Source: a virus (lineage: Duplodnaviria > Caudoviricetes). Taken from it: 62,136 nt of DNA. The notes under the pieces were generated by a model, which was not told the origin of the DNA, made no database searches, and saw only the letters and a program-made list of their open reading frames with translations. Shown here piece after piece: positions 38,420 through 48,369 of the stretch. The position numbers were made by a program, and so were the translations under genes. Position 1 is the first letter of the stretch; every line of letters begins with the position of its first letter. The stretch is taken from IMG/VR virus record IMGVR_UViG_3300036985_002914, positions 1 through 62,136 of that record. One strand, written 5' to 3'.

Positions 38420-39427
38420 ATGGCACACATGATAGACACCACCACCGGAACTGCTGCAATGGCTTTTGCAGGCAAAACCCCATGGCATGGTTTAGGTCAG
38501 GCACTGACACCGGACGCAACAATCGAGCAATGGACAGCGGAAGCGGGATTGTCTTATACCGTTTTGGAATCGGCCGTCGAATACACTACGCCCGCGGTAA
38601 CAGGGTATCAGGTATGGCCAGCGCGGAAAGTATTGCACCGCTCAGATACTGGCGCGCCTTTGGCGGTAGTGTCAAAAGACTATAACGTAGTCCAGCCGCA
38701 GCAGGTGATGGACTTTTTTCGCAAGCTTGCAAATATTGGTGGCTTTCAGATGGAAACCGCGGGAGCTTTATCGCATGGCCGCAGGGTGTGGGCATTGGCC
38801 AGCGTAGGCACTGGCGCGCCAGTGGTAGATGGTGACATTGTTAAACCGTATCTTTTGCTGGGCACGTCCTATGATGGAACCATGGCAACCATTGCAAAAT
38901 TCACAGCTATCCGCGTGGTATGCAATAACACCATAACCGCGGCAGTCGGCGGCTACAGTAATGGCCGCGTGATTAAGGGTGAAACGGAAAACGACAAGGG
39001 TTATATAAAATCGGCCGTTCGTGTATTGCATAGCGAACGGTTCGATGCGGACGAAGTCCGTCTACAATTGGGCATTGTTGCAAATCAATTCGAGGCTTTC
39101 ATGGTGCAGTCGCGCCAGCTTGCAGGCGTGCCAATGAGCGGCTTTGAGGCGGATGCATTCATCACTGAATTGTTGAAACCGTATCACACGGGCAAGCTTG
39201 ATATATCCGACTCACGCGCTTATAAACGCGTGTTCGCACTGTTCAATGGCGCGGCCATTGGTTCTGATATAGCGGGCGTAATTGGCACGCGTTGGGGCAT
39301 GCTCAATGCTGTCACTGAATTGGTCGATCATGAGCGCGGCCGCTCTGATAATACGCGTTTAGAGTCGGCATGGTTTGGCACTGGTGCTGCGATTAAAAAC
39401 CGCGCTTTGGAATTATTGTCCGCTTAA
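38420..39427 (+). CDS. DUF932/DUF945 (TIGR03299-like) phage/plasmid protein
   Basis: TPWHGLG, METAGAL, SYDGT, IRVVCNNT, WGMLNAVTE, WFG. Confidence 0.85.
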   Translation: MAHMIDTTTGTAAMAFAGKTPWHGLGQALTPDATIEQWTAEAGLSYTVLESAVEYTTPAVTGYQVWPARKVLHRSDTGAPLAVVSKDYNVVQPQQVMDFFRKLANIGGFQMETAGALSHGRRVWALASVGTGAPVVDGDIVKPYLLLGTSYDGTMATIAKFTAIRVVCNNTITAAVGGYSNGRVIKGETENDKGYIKSAVRVLHSERFDADEVRLQLGIVANQFEAFMVQSRQLAGVPMSGFEADAFITELLKPYHTGKLDISDSRAYKRVFALFNGAAIGSDIAGVIGTRWGMLNAVTELVDHERGRSDNTRLESAWFGTGAAIKNRALELLSA

Positions 39428-39452
39428 ATCATAATAATACTTAAGTGACCAT

Positions 39453-39493
39453 AAAAAAACCGGTTCTTCATTCTGTGACTGACCGGTTTTTTT
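39453..39493. terminator. Probable bidirectional intrinsic terminator
   Basis: aaaaaaaccggt...accggttttttt after the DUF932 gene. Confidence 0.6.
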
Positions 39494-39593
39494 CTATACT
39501 GACGATTAATTTTAGTAAGCTAAACCAGCCCCGCGGTGCGTGGCGCGTGTCTCGCTGGACGTGGCGCGTGGTGCGCGGCGCGTGGTTTGTGCT

Positions 39594-39707
39594 GCATTGT
39601 TCGCGGTTCGCGGCACATTGTGCGGTTTTTCCGCACAATGGCGGCATAAAGCATTGTTCGCGATTCGCGCGCCATTATTCGGTTTTACCGAATAATGGAA
39701 AACAATA
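39594..39707. repeat. Two ~57-bp imperfect tandem units, each with a covarying hairpin
   Basis: gcattgttcgcg at 39594 and 39651; stems cattgtgcgg/ccgcacaatg and cattattcgg/ccgaataatg. Confidence 0.75.
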
Positions 39708-39715
39708 AACTATTG

Positions 39716-39790
39716 TTGACTCGCAGCATTTATGCTGCGATAATGTATTCAAGGTGATCGGCCGATCGCCCTTTATAGAGGATAGAGAAG
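39716..39790 (+). promoter_or_regulatory. Early leader module 4
   Basis: TTGACT-17-GATAAT with palindromic spacer; ggtgatcg/cgatcgcc stem; motif at 39777-39788. Confidence 0.75.
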
Positions 39791-40207
39791 ATGAGACCTT
39801 CAACATTAGCAGCAACCCTTCGCGTTAGCTTGTTCGCGGATCGCGGATCGGATATCACTGCAGCATGGCAGTTTGCAGATGACATGCTGACAGGCATGCC
39901 GGACGCTGGATCACGTGCGGCGGCGCGCACCGCACTGCACGTTCTAGTCAATACGATTGCAAACGCGATCAATGATCTTGAACCGGCGACCATTGCCCCC
40001 GCTGACCAGCCTGATGTCGGAATCGATGAATCGCGCATCGCGCATATGGTTGACGTGCACATGGCGCGCTGGCTGGAGGATAACTTCGACATCGATCATT
40101 TGGCGCAAGAGGCGATCGGACAAGTGATCGACGATATCGACATGGAAGATATGATCGGCGACGCAATCAAAAACATGAATTTTAAAGTTGACATCCGAGC
40201 GGACTAA
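39791..40207 (+). CDS. Early protein with acidic C-terminus
   Basis: Follows conserved leader; Asp-rich tail. Confidence 0.7.
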   Translation: MRPSTLAATLRVSLFADRGSDITAAWQFADDMLTGMPDAGSRAAARTALHVLVNTIANAINDLEPATIAPADQPDVGIDESRIAHMVDVHMARWLEDNFDIDHLAQEAIGQVIDDIDMEDMIGDAIKNMNFKVDIRAD

Positions 40208-40266
40208 TAGTATTATTTCTCCATGGCATCAACCGATGCCATGGAAACTTATAGAGGATAGAGAAA
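40188..40266 (+). promoter_or_regulatory. Early leader module 5
   Basis: TTGACA-17-TATTAT; tccatggcatc/gatgccatgga stem; motif at 40253-40264. Confidence 0.8.
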
Positions 40267-40557
40267 ATGACAACAAACACTAAGCCAGTCCGCACCGTCA
40301 CCCTAGGCTGGGAAGAATACATCCTGCCAGCATCGATGACCGACAAGCAAATCATTGAGCTGGTCGGCACACTGGCACTGCTGGACAAGGTGACCAGCAA
40401 GGGTACTAAGGATTACAAGGTCAGTCATTACTACGTCAGCAACAAGCAAAACGTGATGATCCAGACGCGCAACGTGCATACCAGCGAGGCTGCAGCAACT
40501 GCGGCCTGCGATGCATACAACGCAGCGCTTGTTACTGACGAAGCTGTCACAGCATAG
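40267..40557 (+). CDS. Small early protein
   Basis: Follows conserved leader. Confidence 0.7.
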   Translation: MTTNTKPVRTVTLGWEEYILPASMTDKQIIELVGTLALLDKVTSKGTKDYKVSHYYVSNKQNVMIQTRNVHTSEAAATAACDAYNAALVTDEAVTA

Positions 40558-40571
40558 TCAAGACAATTATT

Positions 40572-40597
40572 CCTATCGGGTCGCATGACCCGATAGG
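40572..40597 (+). terminator. 11-bp hairpin after last early gene
   Basis: cctatcgggtc-gcat-gacccgatagg; no U-tract. Confidence 0.4.
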
Positions 40598-40613
40598 CGC
40601 CGACTATGCTCAC

Positions 40614-40629
40614 TGTTTCACGTGAAACA
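40614..40629. promoter_or_regulatory. parS: parS site (perfect consensus)
   Basis: TGTTTCACGTGAAACA, intergenic. Confidence 0.85.
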
Positions 40630-40817
40630 GTCAGGCAATAGCTGAGACCTATCAGAGGGGGGAGGGCCATAGCTGGCCCCTATGGAAAAAAAACGTGCTA
40701 CGCTCTATTTAACACGAACAGAAACCATCCTAGAAGATGGACCCCCTCCCCCTCCCTGCCCCATAAACACCCCCTATCATTTGTAAAATGCACACAGGGG
40801 GTATATATTATTAAATT

Positions 40818-42278
40818 ATGAAACCTGAAGAACTTGAATCCGAACGCCTGCGCCTCGAGCTGCGCCTCTCGCTCCTCGAAGCGCGAGACAAGGCCACCTC
40901 TTCTTTCCTAGATTTCTGCCGATACGTCTGGCCAGAAATGCTGGTAGGCGAGCACCACAAGATCATAGCCGCGGCCCTCGATCGTGTAGTCGCGGGCAAA
41001 TGCAAACGCTTGATGATCGCGATGCCCCCGCGCCACGGTAAGTCACAGATGGGCAGTTATTTATTTCCTGCCTACCTGATGGGCAAGTTATCACAAAGCA
41101 AACTCATTGTCGGTTCGCACACCGCGGAACTCGCACAGCGCTTCGGCCGGATGATTAGAAATCTTGTTGAGGATGACAAGTACGGCGAGTTATTTCCTGA
41201 CACGAAGTTATCTGCTGACTCAAAGGCTGCGGGCCGTTGGAATACCAGCGCGGGCGGCGAAGCGTTCTTCATTGGTAAGGGCGGTGCAATGACGGGCCGC
41301 GGCGGGGATATCATTATTCTTGACGATATCTTGGACGAGCAGGATGCTATTTCTGACACAGCGATGGAGAACACGTGGGAGTGGTACACCTCCGGTCCGC
41401 GGCAGCGATTGCAGCCTAACGGTGCGATCATTATTATTAATACAAGATGGAAGATGGATGATCTGTCTGGACGGTTGTTGCGTCAGCAGGGTCAGTTAAA
41501 GACGGACCAGTGGGAGTTACTGGAGTTCCCGGCCATCCTACCTTCTGGCAATCCGTTGTGGCCAGAGTATTGGGTGATAGAGGAGCTAGAAAAAGTCAAG
41601 ATGTCCATTGGCTTGAAGAAGTGGAATGCCCAGTGGCAGCAGCAGCCGACTAATGACGACGGGGCGATATTGAAGCGGGATTGGTGGCGGCGCTGGAAGT
41701 ACGATGATCCTCCGGCTTGCGAGTATGTAATTCAGACTTACGATACGGCGTACAGTAAAAAGGAGACGGCCGACTTCTCTGTCATCGCGACGTGGGGCGT
41801 GTTCCATCCTTCTGCTGACTCTGGCCCTAATTTGATTCTGTTGTCGGTCAAGAAGGGGCGTTGGGACTTTCCTGAATTGAAGCGTATTGCCAAGGATGAG
41901 TATAAGTATTGGGAGCCGGACAATGTCTTGATTGAGGCGAAGGCCACAGGTACGCCGTTACAGCATGAGCTACGGAAGATGGGTATACCGGTGACGATGT
42001 ACAGCCCCGGTGGGCGGAGAACGGGGCAGGATAAGGTAAGCCGGGCTAACGCGGTGGCTCCTTTGTTGGAATCTGGCATGGTGTGGTATCCAGAGCAGGA
42101 GGAGTTTGCGCAGGAATTGGTGGAGGAGTGTGCAGCTTTTCCGAATGGGGCGCATGATGACCAAGTGGATGCCACGATTATGGCGTTAATGCGCTTTAGG
42201 CAAGGTAATTTTATTTCCTTGGACGACGATGACGACGAAGAGCGGGACGTGGACCAGAGGGTGGTTGAGTATTATTAG
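40818..42278 (+). CDS. terL: Terminase large subunit
   Basis: PPRHGKS Walker A, IIILDD Walker B, YDTA...DFS and FPNGAHDDQVD nuclease motifs. Confidence 0.95.
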   Translation: MKPEELESERLRLELRLSLLEARDKATSSFLDFCRYVWPEMLVGEHHKIIAAALDRVVAGKCKRLMIAMPPRHGKSQMGSYLFPAYLMGKLSQSKLIVGSHTAELAQRFGRMIRNLVEDDKYGELFPDTKLSADSKAAGRWNTSAGGEAFFIGKGGAMTGRGGDIIILDDILDEQDAISDTAMENTWEWYTSGPRQRLQPNGAIIIINTRWKMDDLSGRLLRQQGQLKTDQWELLEFPAILPSGNPLWPEYWVIEELEKVKMSIGLKKWNAQWQQQPTNDDGAILKRDWWRRWKYDDPPACEYVIQTYDTAYSKKETADFSVIATWGVFHPSADSGPNLILLSVKKGRWDFPELKRIAKDEYKYWEPDNVLIEAKATGTPLQHELRKMGIPVTMYSPGGRRTGQDKVSRANAVAPLLESGMVWYPEQEEFAQELVEECAAFPNGAHDDQVDATIMALMRFRQGNFISLDDDDDEERDVDQRVVEYY

Positions 42279-42324
42279 ATAAAATGGTAGCGTAGCGACA
42301 ATTCCCCCTTTTGCGCGACCTACT

Positions 42325-45300
42325 ATGGCCACCACTCCTGACGATATTCTTATTAACGCAGTGATGCAGGCCGAGAGCCGCGGTAAGCGGTTCGATAAGG
42401 CCGGTAAGTTACTCACTTCTGTTAAGGGTGCGGAGGGTGAAATGCAGGTCATGCCCACCACGCAGACCAAGCCGGGCTTTGGTGTCACTCCGGCGCAAGA
42501 TAGCAGTGCGGAGGAGAAGGCGCGGGTAGGTCGGGACTACTTGAAGGCCATGATAAGTAAGTATGGCGATACGACGACTGCCTTGGCTGCGTACAATTGG
42601 GGGCCGGGCAAGGTTAATAAGTGGTTAGAGAAGGGTGGCGACTTTAATAAGTTGCCCGAAGAGACGAAGAAATACATCAAGACCATTCAGGCGAGTTTGC
42701 CTAAGGGTTCGCAGTTAGCTTCTGCCCCACCGGTCAAGGTCAAACCTCCTGTTAAAGCGTCTACCAACAGGGTAGCTCCAGCCGCACCGGCAAAACCTCC
42801 TGTATCTATTACCAAAGAGATGGTGGCGGACTTGGGTCCTAACTATCAGGCGGCGTTGGCTGCAATGGCGTTGGGCGATACGCGGGAAGATGACGACGAT
42901 GAGGAGTCTATTGCCGAGCGGTACGCTGCAAAGCAGGAGAAGTTAGCGGAAGAGGCGGCATCTGTCCCCCCGCCGCGGATCGCGGGCATGGAAATGACGT
43001 ATCAGTCACCGTTCCCCGAGGAGCAGATAGCACAGGCACCGGAAGGTTTAGCGCATGGTGGCGTGCCGCGAAGAGGTAACTCTGCCCGCGATGCATTGCG
43101 TATGTTAAAAGAAGCCCAGCAGCAGCAGCAGCCGGTCCAACGTGCCGAAGGCTCTCCTGAAGAAGGCGAGAAAGCAGCAGCTACTGCCCGTGATTTATAC
43201 GCACAGATTAAACGCAGCGGTGAGTCTATTGACGAGGGTGGGTTGAAGTATTGGACGGAGCGTGCGCAGAGTAATCAGCAGTCTCCTGAAGAATTGCAAA
43301 AAGCCTTCATGGCGGCGGCAGATGTTGCTGACGATCCGTACTACGAAGTCAACCGGATGTATCAGCGCATAAATCAAACGCCGGATACCGAAGGCTTTAA
43401 TTACTGGGTCAACCGCGCACAGCAGGAAAAGCTCACACCACAACAGCTAGGGTCGCAATTCATTGGCGGTATGCCTGCTATTACGCAAGCGGAAAATCGT
43501 CCGGGCTTCGGTGTAGGTGGTCAGTACGGTACCTACAATGGCTTGCCGATGCTGTACGCGCCGGAAGTAGATCGGGTCATGGACCGCGAACAGCGGGTAA
43601 CGGGCGATTTAGTCAATGCTGACAACGCTATTGGTTGGGACCCTGCTTCTATGTCAGGCGAGTTGTCCCGTGGTGCGGCAGCAGCAGGCGTGTACCGCGC
43701 ACCTTTGGGTGGTGGGATACAAGGTGGGAGTCAGTTTGCAGGCGATTTGCTGGGAACGGCAAAGCAGTATGGCTTGGACCCTGAACAGTACATGAAAACC
43801 AGCACTGGCCAGTATGGCCAACAGACTAGTGCGTTGGATGAGAATGCTTTGTACGGTGCGCTGGATGAGAAGATGAAGGATTACTATGCGGTGCAGGGTT
43901 ATGTTCCCCCTGCCGGTACAGCCAATTCTGCCTTCAATCGACCTGACATTGGTGGCGATCATGCGCGGGTAATGTATCAGCGCGTGGGCGATAGGTTGGT
44001 GCCGATGGAAAACACCTTGCAGTATTCTAATATGCAGCGTGCGCCGAAGTATAGCTGGACGGATTACATTGCTCCAGCCGCTATTGTTGCCGCCCCATGG
44101 GCACTGCCTTATATGTCTACCATAGCTTCCGCAGTAAATTGGGGGCCGATTGGTGCAGAGGTAGGTAAAGGCGCGTTGATCGGTGCGGGTAAGAGCATCA
44201 TTCAAGGTCAGAACCCCATTACTGGCGCAATACAAGGAGGGGCAAGCGGTCTTATCCCTTCCCCATTCGCTAAAGGTGGGGAGGCGGTCAACGAATACGC
44301 CCCGGATATTCCACAAGAAAGAGAACCATCCTTTGGTACAAGGGCAGGGGGATGGCTGTCAGATAAGATTGTAGAAGGCGGGATGAAGTTATATTCCGCT
44401 ACTTCGGATAACGAGAACCTTCCTGCCTCCCATCGCATTTTCTTGGATACTTTCAATAAAGATCAGCGCGGCCCGATTACCGCCAAGGACTTTAATGCAA
44501 AGGAATTAGCGGAACTGCAGAATATTATTGCGTTAAATGAAAAAGCAAAAAACGGTAAGGGCGTAGGTTCTATTGCCTATGCGGATTACAACACGTTGCC
44601 TGACACAGAGAAGAGAACAGTAGAGGGCGATATCCTTAAAGGTAAGGGATCGGCTAGATCTTCTTTGTCTAATTCATTGGGCCAGTTCAATTACCGCTTG
44701 AACCCCAAGACCCAGCAGTATGAAATTATTGATGAGTATGATTTCAATCCTATACAGGCAAAGGTGGCGGGAAAAATGCGTGATGTTCCGCCTGCCTTGT
44801 ATGGCGACTACATAACGCACTCCTTGTCCCCTGAAAAAGGATTGCGCGATCTCGCTCGTATGTACGGTGGGCGGCACATGCCCCCGGGTAAAGGTAGGCC
44901 GATACAACTTTCTGTTCCCGTCAAACGTGCAGGCGGTTCTCCTGAAGAAGGGGAGTACTATCAAGATCCAATGGGTATGGACACCGGCCCGGTGACCGCG
45001 GACACCGTCAAGGCAATGACTCTGCCCCAAGGCTTGAGCGCCAAGGAAGCGATGGGCGCATTAAAGGGTATTGCCAAAGAAGGTGTGTCTAATGCGGAGT
45101 CTTTAGGTAGAGGTTCTGCTGCATCGTTTCCCGGAATGGTAGGGGATGTGGAATCTGTTTTCCGTGACGAGAAGAAGCGTAAGTTTAAAACCACGGATGA
45201 GATATTAAAGACGGAAATGCCAAAACGCATGACCACACCTACTAAGGAAGCGGCAGGCTTTGAAGAAGTGGGAACTTATATTGATCCTACTACTGGACTT

Positions 45301-45990
45301 CCTTTTGCTAAAGGTGCGGCAAAGGCGGCATTGGCTGGATTAAAATCTTCTGGCCCACAGGTGGAAAAGGCCTTGATGAAAATGGCCCCGGGAGCAGAGC
45401 CTTCGTATATCATACCGAGGGAAGCAAGTGCAGGCGCAACGCTGAAGAATGTAGATAGCTTGGTTAACGATTATAAGATTGGCGTGGACAACATCCTTCC
45501 TGCATATGCCCCGAACCGCGGACCGCTATTGAGTATGCTGGATAAGAAAGCCTCTGATTACTTCTACAATGTTTATGGGTCGAAGAACGATCCGATCCGC
45601 CAAGCTATTTTGGATGGAAAACTTCCTGCGTATCTGCTTAAAGATATCAAGGAATATGCAAAAGATCCTACTGTATTAAACGCTGCGCGTAAGGGCGATA
45701 AGAAAGCCTTGACTAAATTTGATGCGATCTATGATCAGCTAACCGGATTGACTAAGGCAGGAGAAAGAGCCGGTCAACCAGTTTATGATCTGTATGGTTC
45801 AACCGCTTCTCGTTTACCTTTCTTTAGCCGTAATGTATTAATAGAATCGTTGTCCACCATTCCTTTTAATCGCTTAGATAAAATGACTTTCCCAGAAGCG
45901 GTGATAGAGGGAACGAATAACTACGTCAAAAAAATATACGGCACAGAGAAGAAGAATCTTACCTTCATGCCAGAAACCAGTTTGAAATAA
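42325..45990 (+). CDS. Large virion protein with N-terminal lytic transglycosylase (SLT) domain and DUF4214-like repeats
   Basis: AESRG, GAEGEMQVMP, ALAAYNWGPG; EGGLKYW and PDTEGFNYW. Confidence 0.8.
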   Translation: MATTPDDILINAVMQAESRGKRFDKAGKLLTSVKGAEGEMQVMPTTQTKPGFGVTPAQDSSAEEKARVGRDYLKAMISKYGDTTTALAAYNWGPGKVNKWLEKGGDFNKLPEETKKYIKTIQASLPKGSQLASAPPVKVKPPVKASTNRVAPAAPAKPPVSITKEMVADLGPNYQAALAAMALGDTREDDDDEESIAERYAAKQEKLAEEAASVPPPRIAGMEMTYQSPFPEEQIAQAPEGLAHGGVPRRGNSARDALRMLKEAQQQQQPVQRAEGSPEEGEKAAATARDLYAQIKRSGESIDEGGLKYWTERAQSNQQSPEELQKAFMAAADVADDPYYEVNRMYQRINQTPDTEGFNYWVNRAQQEKLTPQQLGSQFIGGMPAITQAENRPGFGVGGQYGTYNGLPMLYAPEVDRVMDREQRVTGDLVNADNAIGWDPASMSGELSRGAAAAGVYRAPLGGGIQGGSQFAGDLLGTAKQYGLDPEQYMKTSTGQYGQQTSALDENALYGALDEKMKDYYAVQGYVPPAGTANSAFNRPDIGGDHARVMYQRVGDRLVPMENTLQYSNMQRAPKYSWTDYIAPAAIVAAPWALPYMSTIASAVNWGPIGAEVGKGALIGAGKSIIQGQNPITGAIQGGASGLIPSPFAKGGEAVNEYAPDIPQEREPSFGTRAGGWLSDKIVEGGMKLYSATSDNENLPASHRIFLDTFNKDQRGPITAKDFNAKELAELQNIIALNEKAKNGKGVGSIAYADYNTLPDTEKRTVEGDILKGKGSARSSLSNSLGQFNYRLNPKTQQYEIIDEYDFNPIQAKVAGKMRDVPPALYGDYITHSLSPEKGLRDLARMYGGRHMPPGKGRPIQLSVPVKRAGGSPEEGEYYQDPMGMDTGPVTADTVKAMTLPQGLSAKEAMGALKGIAKEGVSNAESLGRGSAASFPGMVGDVESVFRDEKKRKFKTTDEILKTEMPKRMTTPTKEAAGFEEVGTYIDPTTGLPFAKGAAKAALAGLKSSGPQVEKALMKMAPGAEPSYIIPREASAGATLKNVDSLVNDYKIGVDNILPAYAPNRGPLLSMLDKKASDYFYNVYGSKNDPIRQAILDGKLPAYLLKDIKEYAKDPTVLNAARKGDKKALTKFDAIYDQLTGLTKAGERAGQPVYDLYGSTASRLPFFSRNVLIESLSTIPFNRLDKMTFPEAVIEGTNNYVKKIYGTEKKNLTFMPETSLK

Positions 45991-45999
45991 GGACACGCC

Positions 46000-48369
46000 A
46001 TGCCAGTAGAAAAACTAAACAGCCTACCTAACGGCTTGAACGTCGATGTCGAAATTGAGCAAGAAGACTTGCCTGATATCGAGATTGAATTTGACGAAGA
46101 AGGTGGCGTTACCGTCAATCTGGACAAAGAAGAAGATGACGTAGAGTTTGACGCAAACCTTGCCGAAGTTCTTCCTGAAGACGTGCGGACCGCGATCTCC
46201 GACGACTTGATGCTGCTGTTTGAAGCAGATAAAGCTTCGCGCGATCAGTGGGAGCAACAGTACAGCAAAGGTATGGATCTACTGGGCTTGTCATTCGAGG
46301 AGCGCACTAAGCCGTTCCGCGGAGCGAGCGGCGTGTACCACCCTATGCTAACCGAGGCTATCGTTCAGTTCCAAGCACAGGCGTTGAAAGAAATGATGCC
46401 AGCCGGCGGCCCTGTTAAGACACAAGTCTTGGGCAAAGAGACGCGTGAGCGTTTGATGCAGGCGCAGCGCGTCAAAGAATTCATGAACTACCAGATCACC
46501 ACAAAAATGCCGGAGTACACACCGGACTTTGACCAGATGCTGTTCTATATTGGTTACGGCGGTTCGGCGTTTAAGAAGATTTACTACGACCACGACAAGA
46601 GTCGCATGGTCAGCGAGATGATCCCCGCGGATAACTTATACATCCCGTACTACGGATCCTCCGTCATGAGCAAGTGCGAGCGGATCACGTACCGCGTGCC
46701 GATGTCCATGAATTCCTACAAAAAAGCCGTGGTCCGCGGTCAGTACTTAGATTTAGCGGAAGGTTCTCTTGACGCAGCATCCACGCAGATTGAAGAAGCG
46801 ATTGACAAAGCTACGGGCTTATCGCCCAACGGTGAGGAAGAAGAAATCTATCTGCTGGAATTTCAGGTGGATTATGACTTACCGGGCTTCGAGGACATGG
46901 ATGAGGATGACCAGCCTACTGGCATCAAGCTGCCTTATGTCATTACCGTTGACGAGACAAGCCAAAAGGTTGTGGGTGTTCGCCGCAATTGGGAAGAGAA
47001 AAGCGAAGAGAAAGAGCGTAAAGAGTACTACGTACATTACCTCTTGGTTCAAGGCCCGGGGGCCTATGGCCTTGGCTTCTTGCATTTGATTGGTGGCTTG
47101 ACTAAGACGGCTAGTGCAGCGTTGCGTCAGTTGACCGATGCCGGTACGTTGGCGAATCTGCCAGCGGGCTTTAAGGCTAAAGGTGCGCGGATCGAGAATG
47201 ATGACGTGCCTATCGCGCCGGGAGAGTGGCGAGATATGGATGCGGGCGGTATGGACTTGACGCAGTCTCTGTTGCCACTGCCATACAAAGAGCCAAGCCA
47301 GACCTTGTTCTCCTTGCTGGGCTTCTGTGTAGAGGCTGGACGGCGTTTAGCGTCCATCACTGATCTGCAGGTAGGTGATAGCAATCAGAACGCTGCTGTG
47401 GGTACGACAATCGCGCTGCTGGAGAAGGGTTCCAGCGTCATGTCGGCCATCCATAAGCGCTTGCATTACAGCCAGAAGCTGGAGTTTCAATTACTGGCAG
47501 AAGGCTTTGCTAGGTATTTACCGCCTGACTATCCATACGATGTGCCGGGGGAGAGCCGCTCGATCAAGGCAAAAGACTTCGATGACCGCATTGATGTCTT
47601 GCCAGTATCCGATCCAAACATCTTCTCTGTAGCCCAGCGCATTACGTTGGCGCAGACACAGTTGCAGTTAGCGCAGAGCGCGCCACAGATGCATAACATG
47701 TACGAAGCTTATCGTCGCATGTATGAGGCTATTGGTGTGCGGGACGTGGACGCTATCTTGAATTCGCAGGATGTGGACAAGCCGAAAGATCCGTTGAGCG
47801 AGAACTCCCAAGCGTTGGATGGCTCACCACTGAAAGCGTATGCAGGCCAACAGCATGACTCGCATATCATGTCGCACTTGATGTTTGCGATGTCGCCTAT
47901 TGTTGGAACGATGCCTAACGTGGTGGTCAATATCCAGAAACATATCTTCGAGCATGTGACGTTAAAGGCGGAAGAGTTTGTAGAAGCAGAATTGTTCCGT
48001 CAATACGGCACTGACCCTGAAGGAATGGTGTCTGCACTGCAGCGCGAGGCGATGATTTCCTTAAAGGCAACAGAATTCTACAAGCAAGCTAAAGATATGG
48101 CGGATCAATTGTCTGGTGCAGGCAAGGAACAGCCCGATCCTCTGATTGAATTGAAGAAGCAGGAGTTAGCGCAGGTCGCGCAGCGCGATCAGCAGCGTGC
48201 GCAGGGTGAGCAGCAACGATTGGCCTTTGATCAAAAGCGTGAAAACAACGATATGCAGATTGATCAACAGCGTTTGCAGCAGCAAGACCAGATCGCCACG
48301 GAGCGTAATGCCGTAACCTTGGCTAAGATGAATCAATCCGGAGGACAAAATGCGCCAAGGACCCAGTAA
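46000..48369 (+). CDS. Portal protein
   Basis: 789 aa; HPMLTEAIVQFQAQA and LRQLTDAGTLAN; between terminase and head genes. Confidence 0.85.
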   Translation: MPVEKLNSLPNGLNVDVEIEQEDLPDIEIEFDEEGGVTVNLDKEEDDVEFDANLAEVLPEDVRTAISDDLMLLFEADKASRDQWEQQYSKGMDLLGLSFEERTKPFRGASGVYHPMLTEAIVQFQAQALKEMMPAGGPVKTQVLGKETRERLMQAQRVKEFMNYQITTKMPEYTPDFDQMLFYIGYGGSAFKKIYYDHDKSRMVSEMIPADNLYIPYYGSSVMSKCERITYRVPMSMNSYKKAVVRGQYLDLAEGSLDAASTQIEEAIDKATGLSPNGEEEEIYLLEFQVDYDLPGFEDMDEDDQPTGIKLPYVITVDETSQKVVGVRRNWEEKSEEKERKEYYVHYLLVQGPGAYGLGFLHLIGGLTKTASAALRQLTDAGTLANLPAGFKAKGARIENDDVPIAPGEWRDMDAGGMDLTQSLLPLPYKEPSQTLFSLLGFCVEAGRRLASITDLQVGDSNQNAAVGTTIALLEKGSSVMSAIHKRLHYSQKLEFQLLAEGFARYLPPDYPYDVPGESRSIKAKDFDDRIDVLPVSDPNIFSVAQRITLAQTQLQLAQSAPQMHNMYEAYRRMYEAIGVRDVDAILNSQDVDKPKDPLSENSQALDGSPLKAYAGQQHDSHIMSHLMFAMSPIVGTMPNVVVNIQKHIFEHVTLKAEEFVEAELFRQYGTDPEGMVSALQREAMISLKATEFYKQAKDMADQLSGAGKEQPDPLIELKKQELAQVAQRDQQRAQGEQQRLAFDQKRENNDMQIDQQRLQQQDQIATERNAVTLAKMNQSGGQNAPRTQ

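Noticed and set aside
39445-39708. 87-aa ORF in the track
   Set aside because: No SD, overlaps a terminator and structured repeats, and composition is repeat-driven
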